The translations under genes and the position numbers were made by a program. A stretch of DNA of 64,000 bases, from assembly GCA_949290785.1 (NCBI GenBank), contig CASETE010000013.1, positions 3,529 to 67,528 of the forward strand, given 5' to 3'. The notes below the pieces were generated by a model, which saw only the letters and a program-made list of their open reading frames with translations, was not told the DNA's origin and did no database searches. Shown one piece after another: positions 7,701-15,467 of this stretch; position 1 is the stretch's first letter; every line of letters starts with the position of its first letter. The DNA comes from an uncultured Pseudomonadota bacterium (GTDB taxonomy: Bacteria; Pseudomonadota; Alphaproteobacteria; Rs-D84).

Positions 7701-9915
7701 CAAGGGCGATTTCACTATTGATTGGGGTGACGGCACCGTAGACGAAATAACGCAAACCGTCGTTACAAAAAAGACTTATTCGCATACGTACAGCGCGGCG
7801 GGCAGTTATTCTGTTGGTTTGTCGGGACAGGCAACAGCATATACGACATCTAATACAAGCGTGGTAAGTTTTTCAGAATCCACAAGTGTGGCGGGTATAT
7901 CGGGCAGTTTGGGCGCGATATTCGGCACTTTATCAGACGGTTCGCAACCAAGGTTTTATAGGACGTTTTATAACCACACAAATTTACATGGTGAAATACC
8001 CGCAACGTTATTTGACGGGATAACGGGGCAACCTGTAACGGCAATGTTTTATAGTACTTTTGAAGGTTGTACGGGGTTAAGCGGGGAAATCCCATCGGGA
8101 TTGTTTGCTGGTTTGGACGGGACGCCGACCATACAATTGTTTTTTCATACTTTTGAGGGTTGCACAGGTTTAAGTGGGAATATACCATCGGGGTTATTTG
8201 CGGGAATACAAGGATTGCCGGCTGCGAATATGTTTGCGGGGACCTTTCTAAATTGCACTGGGTTGAACGGAACAATACCGTCGGGTTTGTTTTCCGGTAT
8301 TTCTGGTGCGCCAGCAGCGAACATGTTTAATTCTACGTTTGCCGGTTGCACGGGTTTATCTGGTGCGATACCGTCAACATTGTTTTCCGGCATATCTGGT
8401 GCGCCAGCCACGAACATGTTTACAGGGACTTTTTCGGGGTGCAGTGGTTTAACGTCAATACCGTCAAACCTGTTTGCAGGAATTCAAGGTGCCCCGGCAT
8501 CATATATGTTCAAGGAAACATTCGCGAATTGTACGGGGCTGACGACAATTCCGGGGGCGTTGTTTGCAGGGATTCAGGGTGCGCCAAATACTTATATGTT
8601 TCAAGGGACTTTTTCTGGGTGCAGTAATTTGATTGCACTGCCGGATGACTTATTTGCCGGCATTTCTGGGGCGGGCAAGGGGTATATGTATGACGCAACA
8701 TTTAAAAATTGTACAGGGTTGACGGGAACCATACCTGTGGGATATTTTGGTGATTTAACAGAAACCAAGGCAACGTATATGTTCAGGGAAACTTTTTTGA
8801 ATTGCGCCGGTTTGACGGGTGATTCTGCGCGTTTACTGGACGGTCGGTATTTATATGATGTGTATGGACGTACTGGGACGTACGGGCGAAATATGTATCA
8901 GGGCGCGACGGGTTTGTACGATTATCCATTTATACCGACAGCCTGGGGTGGTTTAGGGCTGGAACCAGAGTTTTATATAACAACAACCCCGGACACAAGC
9001 GTATTTTCAATTTATTTAGGTGCGGCCGGTAATTTCACGATTAACTGGGGTGACGGTAATACAGAAAACATAACCAAGACAGATACCGCCAGCACAAGTT
9101 ATTCGCACAACTATGATACAGCGGGCGAATATTTGATAACGTTATCTGGGAAAGCCACAGAATATTCTGCGCCAAGTTCAACGACACCCGGTGTAATTAC
9201 TTTTGGATATAGTTCTAAAATTGCGGATATTGAAGGCAGTTTGGGACAGATATTTAGTACGTTGGCAGATGGTTCGCAACCAAAATTTGCGAATACGTTT
9301 GCTTATGCTAGTAATTTAACAGGGACGATACCACAATATTTATTTCATAACATTCGTGGCGAACCTGTACCATATATGTTTTATAATACTTTTTCGGGGT
9401 GCAGTGGTTTAACTGGCAGTATACCATCAGATTTATTTGCAGGAATCCAGGGTGCGCCCGCAGAAAGTATGTTTGCCAGCACATTTCGTGGCTGCAGTGG
9501 TTTAACGGGCAGTATACCATCAGATTTATTTGCAGGAATCCAGGGCGCACCCGCAGAAGGTATGTTTTTTTCTACATTTGGGGCCTGTACGGGTTTAACT
9601 TCGTTACCAGCGGGGTTGTTTGATGGTATTTCCGGTGATTGTGCAACAGGCATGTATGCAGGATGTTTTAGTGGATGTACGGGGTTAAGCGGACAAATCC
9701 CGTTGGGCTTTTTCGGTGATTTAACAGAGGTTGGTGCAAATGGTGCATTTGAAGGCACTTTTATGCGTTGTGGTCCCGGTTTAACAGGACCTTCGGCGAG
9801 ATTACCAGACGGTCGGTATTTGTATAATGTCTATGATGGCGGAACTGGCGCCGGAATGTATAGAGATGATACCGGGTTAACTGATTATAGCAGCATACCA
9901 GCTAATTGGAAGTAA
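4750..9915 (+). CDS. Giant secreted modular surface protein: 4 x (PKD-like head + 31-aa LRR/DUF285-like repeats)
   Basis: The ATG at 4750 gives the Sec signal peptide MLKRIVRSFFIMLFLPCACWGAVA. Length is 1721 aa. Four super-modules each carry IDWGDG...Y.H.Y..AG.Y and 6-10 copies of C.GLTG.IP..LF.GI.GAP...MF..TF. Confidence 0.85.
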   Translation: MLKRIVRSFFIMLFLPCACWGAVAVNVDYIHSLIRRDWGVDIPYYPSAVNQIANVEYLLKVVDKTNALLNGTATTSYGTDEHYATKQAVDTVATIDAVDRLIVIEPEFFVKTTSDTTNFSFIISAAGIYSIDWGNYKERIVKTDTTPIIYSHDYNTAGTYTIGIGGQANNYSTDSTTAAVSFKANTNIAGISGSLGAIFGTLENGAQPVFYQTFGGCTNLSSTIPETLFSGVSGTPIKYMFYGLFEGCTKLTGEIPANLFSGLRGEPGKAMFQNTFSECASLSGAIPERLFGGISGAPASHMFSQTFYNCSGLTGPIPENLFGLISGNPAPYMFYATFNGCSKLNGEIPGALFAGVNGAPAEFMFQGLFANCNRLTGSIPETLFAGVQGAPAESMFRSTFYNCSSLSGGLSARLFAGISGTPAKDMYYQTFYGCSGLTENLPSNVFGSIVGRPAEGMYYSTFYNCIRLTGKIPQGLFGDLTDTPATNMFSQTFYNCNKLDGLSARMPDGRFLYDVYGRDLDYGLNMYRNATGLQEYPFIPVKWGGLGVEPKFTVTTTSDTKTFSFKISAQGVFYIDWGDGNYETINKSDTNDTTYTHVYDAAGSYEIGIAGTARNYSENEQFAAISFYANQNVAGISGSLGAIFGTLSDGLQPRFRSTFGGCTNLTGTIPEELFSGITGQPTSFMFTGLFDSCSRLTGTIPERLFSGLSGVPTESLFAITFRACSSLEGSIPERLFSGISGKPTLDLFRSTFESCTGLSGSIPARLFSGISGAPAENMFMGTFFDCSGLTGSIPEGLFGGIYGQPAPGMFMVTFERCARLQNQIPERLFAGISGAPAPRMFRGTFSQCGKLTGPLPDNLFSGISGAPAEDMFMGTFYSDIGIDGDIPVGFFGNLTSAPASGMFVETFMNCNRLSGPSARTSNGDFLYDIYGRDSDYGLDMYKDAVNLDDYEFIPKKWGGLGRVPAEFVVTTTPDTTEFSVNIAAKGDFTIDWGDGTVDEITQTVVTKKTYSHTYSAAGSYSVGLSGQATAYTTSNTSVVSFSESTSVAGISGSLGAIFGTLSDGSQPRFYRTFYNHTNLHGEIPATLFDGITGQPVTAMFYSTFEGCTGLSGEIPSGLFAGLDGTPTIQLFFHTFEGCTGLSGNIPSGLFAGIQGLPAANMFAGTFLNCTGLNGTIPSGLFSGISGAPAANMFNSTFAGCTGLSGAIPSTLFSGISGAPATNMFTGTFSGCSGLTSIPSNLFAGIQGAPASYMFKETFANCTGLTTIPGALFAGIQGAPNTYMFQGTFSGCSNLIALPDDLFAGISGAGKGYMYDATFKNCTGLTGTIPVGYFGDLTETKATYMFRETFLNCAGLTGDSARLLDGRYLYDVYGRTGTYGRNMYQGATGLYDYPFIPTAWGGLGLEPEFYITTTPDTSVFSIYLGAAGNFTINWGDGNTENITKTDTASTSYSHNYDTAGEYLITLSGKATEYSAPSSTTPGVITFGYSSKIADIEGSLGQIFSTLADGSQPKFANTFAYASNLTGTIPQYLFHNIRGEPVPYMFYNTFSGCSGLTGSIPSDLFAGIQGAPAESMFASTFRGCSGLTGSIPSDLFAGIQGAPAEGMFFSTFGACTGLTSLPAGLFDGISGDCATGMYAGCFSGCTGLSGQIPLGFFGDLTEVGANGAFEGTFMRCGPGLTGPSARLPDGRYLYNVYDGGTGAGMYRDDTGLTDYSSIPANWK
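5062..6393 (+). repeat. Super-module 1 of the giant protein gene (about 444 codons, 10 short repeats)
   Basis: Starts EPEFFVKTTSDTTNFSF and ends FIPVKWGGLGV. Confidence 0.8.
6394..7638 (+). repeat. Super-module 2 (about 415 codons, about 9 short repeats)
   Basis: Starts EPKFTVTTTSDTKTFSF and ends FIPKKWGGLGRV. Confidence 0.8.
7639..8961 (+). repeat. Super-module 3 (about 441 codons, about 10 short repeats)
   Basis: Starts PAEFVVTTTPDTTEFSV and ends FIPTAWGGLGL. Confidence 0.8.
8962..9912 (+). repeat. Super-module 4 (about 317 codons, about 6 short repeats)
   Basis: Starts EPEFYITTTPDTSVFSI and ends SSIPANWK. Confidence 0.8.
9400..9567 (+). repeat. Near-identical 93-bp tandem duplication inside module 4
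   Basis: tgcagtggtttaac(t/g)ggcagtataccatcagatttatttgcaggaatccaggg... occurs at 9400 and 9493. I count about 4 mismatches in 75 nt. Confidence 0.85.
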
Positions 9916-9916
9916 T

Positions 9917-9943
9917 AAAAAACCGTCATAACGACGGTTTTTA
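9917..9943. terminator. Bidirectional Rho-independent terminator between the giant gene and rnhA
   Basis: aaaaaaccgtc-ataac-gacggtttttt; stem flanked by an A-run and a T-run. Confidence 0.75.
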
Positions 9944-10369
9944 TTTCAGTTTTTCTGCAGCAGTGCGCGCCAGTTCGTCCACACGTTCGTTCATCGCGTT
10001 GCCCGCATGTCCCTTGACCCATACCCAATGGATTTTTTTGTCTTGGGATATTGTGTCCAGTTGTTGCCACAGTTCCTTGTTCTTTACAGGCTTGTTTGAT
10101 GCGCCTTTCCAGTTGTTGTTTTTCCAACGTGCCAACCATACCTGCATACCGTTCTTGACGTATTGGCTGTCCGTGTGAATTTCAACCTCGGTATGATGAC
10201 GGGCGGCGTTCAACGCACGTATAACAGCGGTTAATTCCATGCGGTTGTTCGTCGTGTCAGGTTCACCACCGCTTCTTTCGGCCGTTTCTTGACCGTTCGT
10301 CGCAATAAATGCCCAACCGCCTGGGCCAGGATTCCCAAGACAACTGCCGTCTGTCCATATTTTTAACAT
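9941..10369 (-). CDS. rnhA: Ribonuclease HI
   Basis: IWTDGSCLGNPGPGGWAFI...TTNNRMELTAVIRAL...TDSQYV...WVKGHAG...NERVDELAR. Confidence 0.95.
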   Translation of the reverse strand: MLKIWTDGSCLGNPGPGGWAFIATNGQETAERSGGEPDTTNNRMELTAVIRALNAARHHTEVEIHTDSQYVKNGMQVWLARWKNNNWKGASNKPVKNKELWQQLDTISQDKKIHWVWVKGHAGNAMNERVDELARTAAEKLK

Positions 10370-10405
10370 TTTTTATTTCCTCGTTTTGTGTTATAATATC
10401 ATAAA

Positions 10406-12190
10406 ATGAGATTTGATGCCAAACAATTAACAGAAATGTCTTCAGCTGCCAAGGCGTATGCGTTGGACGCTATTCGTTGTGCAGGTTCTGGACATGTCGG
10501 TATAGTATTGGGAACCGGCGATATCATAACAACAATATATGCGAACTTTTTGCGTCGCGGTCAGGATAAGTTCGTCTTGTCCGCCGGTCATGGCAGTGCT
10601 TTGTTATATGCCGTTCTGAAATTGGCCGGGTATGATATCGGTGACTTAAAGTCGTTCAGAAAACTTGGCGGACTGCCGGGACATCCAGAATTACATGTGG
10701 ACGGCGTCTTTGCAACGACAGGACCTTTGGGGCAGGGGGTGGCAAACGCCGTTGGACTGGCGTTGGCCGCAAAAATAAAAAAGTCTGATGAACGTATTTA
10801 TTGTTTATGCAGCGACGGCGATTTGATGGAAGGCGTCGCAACAGAAGCCATCGCCTTTGCCGGAAGATACAAGTTAGATAACTTGATTTTGTTGTGGGAT
10901 GATAACGGCGTCAGCATTGACGGAACGGCCTTGACCGATATAAGTGTCCCCGAACGTATGCAGGCAAGCGGTTGGCGGACTTTCAAGACGCCTGGTAATA
11001 ACTTTGATAAACTGGACAGGGTTTTGCGCGATGCCGTTGCGATTCGGGCGCCGGTATTTGTTCAGTGTAAAACAGTTATAGGTAACGGTTCGTCGTTGGC
11101 GGGCAGCCCCAGCGCACACGGGTTGGCTTTGTCGGATGAAGAGTTAGTAAATCTTATTAAAAATTTTTCTTCTGAAGTCGGCGAACGGTTGTGGAAAAAC
11201 GTCGCCGAAAATGCCAGCGCTAAATATGTCGTGCGTCAGGTGGACGTTTGCCCCAAAAATATATCTGCACCACATGCAGCAAGTGACGTTTCTACGCGGG
11301 AATTGTCCGAACAATTTTTGCAAAGTTTAATTGCAAGCGGTGTCGCGTTAATCGGGGGTAGTGCGGATTTGTCCGCCAGTACAGGCGCAAAAACCAAGGC
11401 GCATATTGATATCTCGCCACGCGGCTTTAACGGTAATTTCATTCACTATGGTGTGCGAGAGCATGCAATGGCGGCAATAATGAACGGTATGACCGTCGCA
11501 GGACTGCGGGTATATGGTTCTACGTTTTTGGTGTTTAGCGATTATATGCGACCGGCGATTCGTTTGTCGGCTTTATCTGGATTGCCTGTTGTCTATGTGT
11601 TTTCTCACGATAGTATCGCTGTCGGTGCCGATGGACCAACGCATCAGCCCGTAGAACAGTTGGCGTCCTTGCGATTGATACCGAACTTAAATGTTTTTAG
11701 GCCTTGTAACGGGGCAGAGGTTAAGCATGCTTGGTGTCGCGCAATATCAGAAACAAATAAACCAACGGCAATTGTTCTTTCCAGACAGAAAATAAAACAA
11801 ATTGATACGCCGGATGAAGCAGATATATCACGCGGGGCGTATGTAATACATAAATCAACCGCTAAACGTATAAAGGCCACCATTATCGCTACGGGCAGCG
11901 AAGTACCTTTGGCGGTGGCTGTCGCACAAAAACTGGGCGAAAGCGTTCAAGTAGTAAGTATGCCGTCTGTAGAAGTGTTTCGTGCACAAGACGAAAAATA
12001 TAAAAAAGATATATTGCGCGGATTCATAATAGCAATAGAAGCAGGCGTGACCGCTCCGTGGTTTGAGTTCGCAGATGCAGTCGTGGGCGTTGTTTCTTTC
12101 GGCGTTTCGGGTCCGGGGGACGCTGTGTATTCTCATTTTGGATTTGACATAGATACAATTGTGCGCGATATTTCTAAAAGATTAAAGTAG
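10406..12190 (+). CDS. tkt: Transketolase (short 594-aa form)
   Basis: AGSGHVG, SAGHGSALLYAVL, GHPE, GPLGQGVANAVG, LCSDGDLMEGV, YGVREHAM and SHDSIAVGADGPTHQPVEQL motifs. Confidence 0.93.
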   Translation: MRFDAKQLTEMSSAAKAYALDAIRCAGSGHVGIVLGTGDIITTIYANFLRRGQDKFVLSAGHGSALLYAVLKLAGYDIGDLKSFRKLGGLPGHPELHVDGVFATTGPLGQGVANAVGLALAAKIKKSDERIYCLCSDGDLMEGVATEAIAFAGRYKLDNLILLWDDNGVSIDGTALTDISVPERMQASGWRTFKTPGNNFDKLDRVLRDAVAIRAPVFVQCKTVIGNGSSLAGSPSAHGLALSDEELVNLIKNFSSEVGERLWKNVAENASAKYVVRQVDVCPKNISAPHAASDVSTRELSEQFLQSLIASGVALIGGSADLSASTGAKTKAHIDISPRGFNGNFIHYGVREHAMAAIMNGMTVAGLRVYGSTFLVFSDYMRPAIRLSALSGLPVVYVFSHDSIAVGADGPTHQPVEQLASLRLIPNLNVFRPCNGAEVKHAWCRAISETNKPTAIVLSRQKIKQIDTPDEADISRGAYVIHKSTAKRIKATIIATGSEVPLAVAVAQKLGESVQVVSMPSVEVFRAQDEKYKKDILRGFIIAIEAGVTAPWFEFADAVVGVVSFGVSGPGDAVYSHFGFDIDTIVRDISKRLK

Positions 12191-12202
12191 TGTTGCGTAC
12201 GT

Positions 12203-12910
12203 ATGTCAAATTATGAATTTGTTTTATCTTCCGGTGAAAAGGTGCCTGTTATCATAAACTCGCGTCGCGGGTTGCGTAATATTACGTTACGACCTAAAAC
12301 GAATCCTGCAGTTCAAATTCATATTTCAAAACCTTGGTTGACGCCGACGTCTGTGGCGCTACGTTTTTTGGAACAAAAACGTTCTTGGTGCGAGCGCGTA
12401 TTTGCTAAAAATCCGGCTAAAATCCGCATCAATGACGGCGATGAAATAGAATTCTTGGGATATAAAGTAACAGTTAAGCATAATCCAGCAATGCGTTCGG
12501 ATGAATTCGTACAGTGCGAAGACGGCAGGTGCGTTTTGTTTGTTGGGGGCGGTGCAGATATGCTGGAACGACGCGTTCGCGATTTTATAAAAGCGCGCTT
12601 TTTGTTGACGGTAAAGCAAATTATTAAAACAACACCAAAAGATTTTTGGCCTAAAAAAATTTCTGTTCGAGATACTTCTTCTAGGTGGGGCAGTTGTTCC
12701 ACGACTGGTACCATGTCTTTCTCGTGGCGTTTGGCGTTTGCCCCGCCCGAGGTTATGCGATATGTCGTTATGCACGAATTAGCGCATCAAAAGTATATGG
12801 ACCATTCACCAGACTTTTGGAAACAGGTGTCGGAACTTTACGGGTTCGGCGTAGAACGGGCAAAGCGGTGGCTGAACGTGCACGGTGCAGAACTGCACAA
12901 ATATTTTTAA
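12203..12910 (+). CDS. YgjP/DUF45-type (M48-like) zinc metallohydrolase
   Basis: SRWGSCS... followed by the HELAHQKYMDHSPDFW zinc motif; 235 aa. Confidence 0.8.
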   Translation: MSNYEFVLSSGEKVPVIINSRRGLRNITLRPKTNPAVQIHISKPWLTPTSVALRFLEQKRSWCERVFAKNPAKIRINDGDEIEFLGYKVTVKHNPAMRSDEFVQCEDGRCVLFVGGGADMLERRVRDFIKARFLLTVKQIIKTTPKDFWPKKISVRDTSSRWGSCSTTGTMSFSWRLAFAPPEVMRYVVMHELAHQKYMDHSPDFWKQVSELYGFGVERAKRWLNVHGAELHKYF

Positions 12911-12911
12911 C

Positions 12912-12939
12912 TTGTTTATTTATATCAATAGTTTATACT
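12912..12939 (+). promoter_or_regulatory. Sigma70-like promoter for the structured RNA
   Basis: TTGTTT (12912-12917), 16-nt spacer, TATACT (12934-12939). Confidence 0.4.
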
Positions 12940-12946
12940 GAATATT

Positions 12947-13165
12947 GAATCAACAGGGATGTTGGTTCGGGGACTTAGCAAGCCCGTATCTGTATGACGC
13001 GAAAGCGTTAAAATCCGCCAACGGCGTGCCGTTGGATTGCCTGGCCCGTGGGTCGGGTTGTGTCGGCCATACAACAGATTATTTAATATAATCGAAAACC
13101 GACAGATCATTTACAGATATGATTTGCTAACTTCCCGACCACCAAGAAATCTGGTGGTTTTTGTT
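12947..13165 (+). ncRNA. Unclassified structured RNA (6S-like RNA or cis-acting leader of the downstream OMP gene)
   Basis: Long-range helix: 12963-13005 (ggttcggggacttagcaa..cgtatctgta) pairs with 13109-13140 (tacagatatg..ttgctaacttcccgacc). Internal hairpins are acgc-GAAA-gcgt and ccaacgg-cgtg-ccgttgg. A terminator accacc-aagaaatc-tggtggttttt ends at 13165. Confidence 0.5.
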
Positions 13166-13194
13166 TAACTGTTAGACAAAAAAAGGAAGAGGCA

Positions 13195-13935
13195 ATGAAA
13201 AAAGTACTATGTGGTTCAATGTTTGCATTGGTTGCGACCGGTGCAATGGCAAATGGGTTCTATATCAATCCACAGGTTGCGTACAGCATCACGTCGGTTG
13301 AAGAATCACGTGTTGAAAAATCCGCACAAAATGGTTCTTGGGCTGAATTTGTGAATAACAAGCACGAATCTTGGGCTGATAAGGGACATCAATTTTCACC
13401 AAAAATTGCGGTCGGTTACGAATTTGATATGGATAAGGCCGGTATTTTATCTGTTGAAGCCGAATATGGCGAAGTAGATAATTTCTTTAATGCGGTTGGG
13501 TTCGATATGGCAGAAAATGGTGATATGCCAAACGACACAGATGTCAGAAACTTTACATATGACGAACGTACGTTGGGCTTGAATCTGAAATATGGATATA
13601 AAGTTTATAAATTTATTCCATATGTAACGGCAGGTATCGGGTACACGACAATAGAATCCGAAAATAATTTCCGCAGTGGCCGCTATTTCTGGGAAACACC
13701 GGCAACAACGGAAAATATGTCGTGGAATATCGGCGTTGGTGTCGAAGTGCCGTTGACCGATAATGTCGCGTTCAATGTAGCGTATAAATACACCGACCTG
13801 GGCAGTGTTGAATATACAAACGGTATGTTCTATGACAATCATACCGCGGGCCAGGGCGGAATGACGCGTGTGTTTGATTCAGATGTTGATTTGGATAAGC
13901 ACGAAATCATCGCTGGTGTTAAACTGTCGTTCTAA
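13195..13935 (+). CDS. Outer-membrane beta-barrel protein (Omp25/OmpA-barrel-like)
   Basis: Signal peptide MKKVLCGSMFALVATGAMA, alternating aromatic/Gly strands, C-terminal ...AGVKLSF. Confidence 0.75.
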   Translation: MKKVLCGSMFALVATGAMANGFYINPQVAYSITSVEESRVEKSAQNGSWAEFVNNKHESWADKGHQFSPKIAVGYEFDMDKAGILSVEAEYGEVDNFFNAVGFDMAENGDMPNDTDVRNFTYDERTLGLNLKYGYKVYKFIPYVTAGIGYTTIESENNFRSGRYFWETPATTENMSWNIGVGVEVPLTDNVAFNVAYKYTDLGSVEYTNGMFYDNHTAGQGGMTRVFDSDVDLDKHEIIAGVKLSF

Positions 13936-13959
13936 TACCCGCAATATGGTTTGGTTGAT

Positions 13960-13990
13960 ATGCCACGAATTTTTCGGGGCATATTTTTAT
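13960..13990 (+). terminator. Rho-independent terminator after the OMP gene
   Basis: atgccacgaa-ttt-ttcggggcat followed by atttttat. Confidence 0.65.
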
Positions 13991-13997
13991 AAAAAAC

Positions 13998-14025
13998 TTG
14001 AAAATCGCGGATTTTTGGGTAATAT
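13998..14025 (+). promoter_or_regulatory. Sigma70-like promoter with an embedded AAAATC-N3-GATTTT palindrome (upstream of hisS)
   Basis: TTGAAA (13998-14003), 16-nt spacer, TAATAT (14020-14025). The palindrome is at 14001-14015. Confidence 0.5.
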
Positions 14026-14158
14026 TTTAGTGTGAATATTCAAAATTTCATTTCTTTCACGTTGCATCACGCCCGTTGGGCGGGGTGTTTATAGCGTTTT
14101 GCGATTTCATATGATATAATGCGTTTATGTATAATTATCCGCGTTGGTGCGGACACAA

Positions 14159-15466
14159 ATGGGAAATAAAAAAATGGAATTAAAATCAACAAAAACTTTA
14201 TCGGGATTTATAGAATTATTGCCGGCACAACAGCGTTGCTTTGACGAATGCGCGGCGCGTATGCAGCGTGTGCTGAAAACAGCTGGGTTTGCACATCTGG
14301 ATTTGCCGGCTATTGAACGTGCAGAAGTTTTGACTGATAAAGATAATTGGGATGAAATAGAAACGCAGATGTTTTTATTTCAAAAAGGTGATACTAAAAT
14401 GGGATTGCGCTATGACGGGACTGTCGGGCTGTCTCGTTATGTTGCAGGACATATAAATGATTTAGTTTTCCCTTTTAGAGCATATCAGTTTGCGCGCAAT
14501 TATCGCGGGGAAAGACCGCAACGCGGGCGCTATCGCGAATTTTATCAGATGGATTTGGATATCATGGGAATTGATACCTTGTCCGAAAATTATGATGCGG
14601 AAATAGTGGCTACTTTGGCAAACGCGTATGGCGCAGTACAAGAATTCATCGGACCTGTAAATATTCGTATAGGTAATCGCAGATTTTGGAATGCTTTGTT
14701 TGAAAAATTGAATTTGACAGAACAACAACAAAGGGCAGCTTTTATACTGATTGATAAAAAAGACAAAATCAAAGATTTTTACGATGGTTTAGTTGATGAA
14801 ATCGGTGTAGATGCCGCCGACGAAATAAATAAAGTCTTTTCAAATGGTTGTCGGTCTTTTGCTGGCGCGTCGTCTGATATAGATGCCGCCATCACAGAGA
14901 TGGATAATTTTATGTCTTTATTGGATTCTATGGGAATTAAAAACGCTAAAATTGATTTAGGCATAATGCGTGGGCATTCTTATTATACGGGAATAGTGTT
15001 TGAATTTTTCTTGGATAGATTTCCCGAATTGGGCGCGATTGGCGGCGGGGGCAGGTATGAAAATCTTACCTCTAAATTTTCAAAAACGAAAATCATAGGT
15101 GTTGGGGCTGCGGTTGGTTTTTCGCGCTTGATGGTGGCTTTGATGGACGATAATAAGATAGATTTGTCGTCGTTTGAACAGCCTGTGAAAGCGGCTGTAT
15201 TGGTAATGGGGGCGGAACAAGTGCAATATGCAATGGGGGTATTGGCAGACCTGCGAAATGCAGAAATTGTGTCTGTTCCTTATCTGGATGCCGGCAAGAA
15301 ATTTAAAAATCAGGTTGAATTTGCCGATAAAATCAAAGCACGTTTCAGTTTGATTGTCGGCGAAAACGAACGTAAAAACAATGTGTTGTCTGTGAAAGAT
15401 ATGTTGTCGGGAACGCAACAAACGCTGGACATTAAATCAACAATTGAATTATTAAAGACCGTTTAA
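14159..15466 (+). CDS. hisS: Histidine--tRNA ligase
   Basis: Motif 2 YRGERPQRGRYREFYQMD, GGGGRYENL, and a C-terminal anticodon-binding-like domain. The start is ambiguous (TTG 14144, ATG 14159, ATG 14174). Confidence 0.88.
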   Translation: MGNKKMELKSTKTLSGFIELLPAQQRCFDECAARMQRVLKTAGFAHLDLPAIERAEVLTDKDNWDEIETQMFLFQKGDTKMGLRYDGTVGLSRYVAGHINDLVFPFRAYQFARNYRGERPQRGRYREFYQMDLDIMGIDTLSENYDAEIVATLANAYGAVQEFIGPVNIRIGNRRFWNALFEKLNLTEQQQRAAFILIDKKDKIKDFYDGLVDEIGVDAADEINKVFSNGCRSFAGASSDIDAAITEMDNFMSLLDSMGIKNAKIDLGIMRGHSYYTGIVFEFFLDRFPELGAIGGGGRYENLTSKFSKTKIIGVGAAVGFSRLMVALMDDNKIDLSSFEQPVKAAVLVMGAEQVQYAMGVLADLRNAEIVSVPYLDAGKKFKNQVEFADKIKARFSLIVGENERKNNVLSVKDMLSGTQQTLDIKSTIELLKTV

Positions 15467-15467
15467 A

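Noticed and set aside
6639-9758. Long antisense ORFs inside the giant gene (6639-7058, 7850-8275, 8145-8417, 9381-9758) and short sense-shifted ORFs.
   Set aside because: They mirror the 93-nt periodicity of the sense repeats (repeating PENN..GI.P motifs) and have no independent start signals. They are by-products of the repeat composition.
12947-13165. The structured RNA as tmRNA (two-piece alphaproteobacterial form) or SRP 4.5S RNA.
   Set aside because: There is no T-arm (GGTTCGA-type) or CCA-terminated acceptor, and no ANDN...AA tag frame. The SRP helix-8 signature (GGAA tetraloop flanked by AGG/AGCA) is also absent. Only a GAAA hairpin is present.
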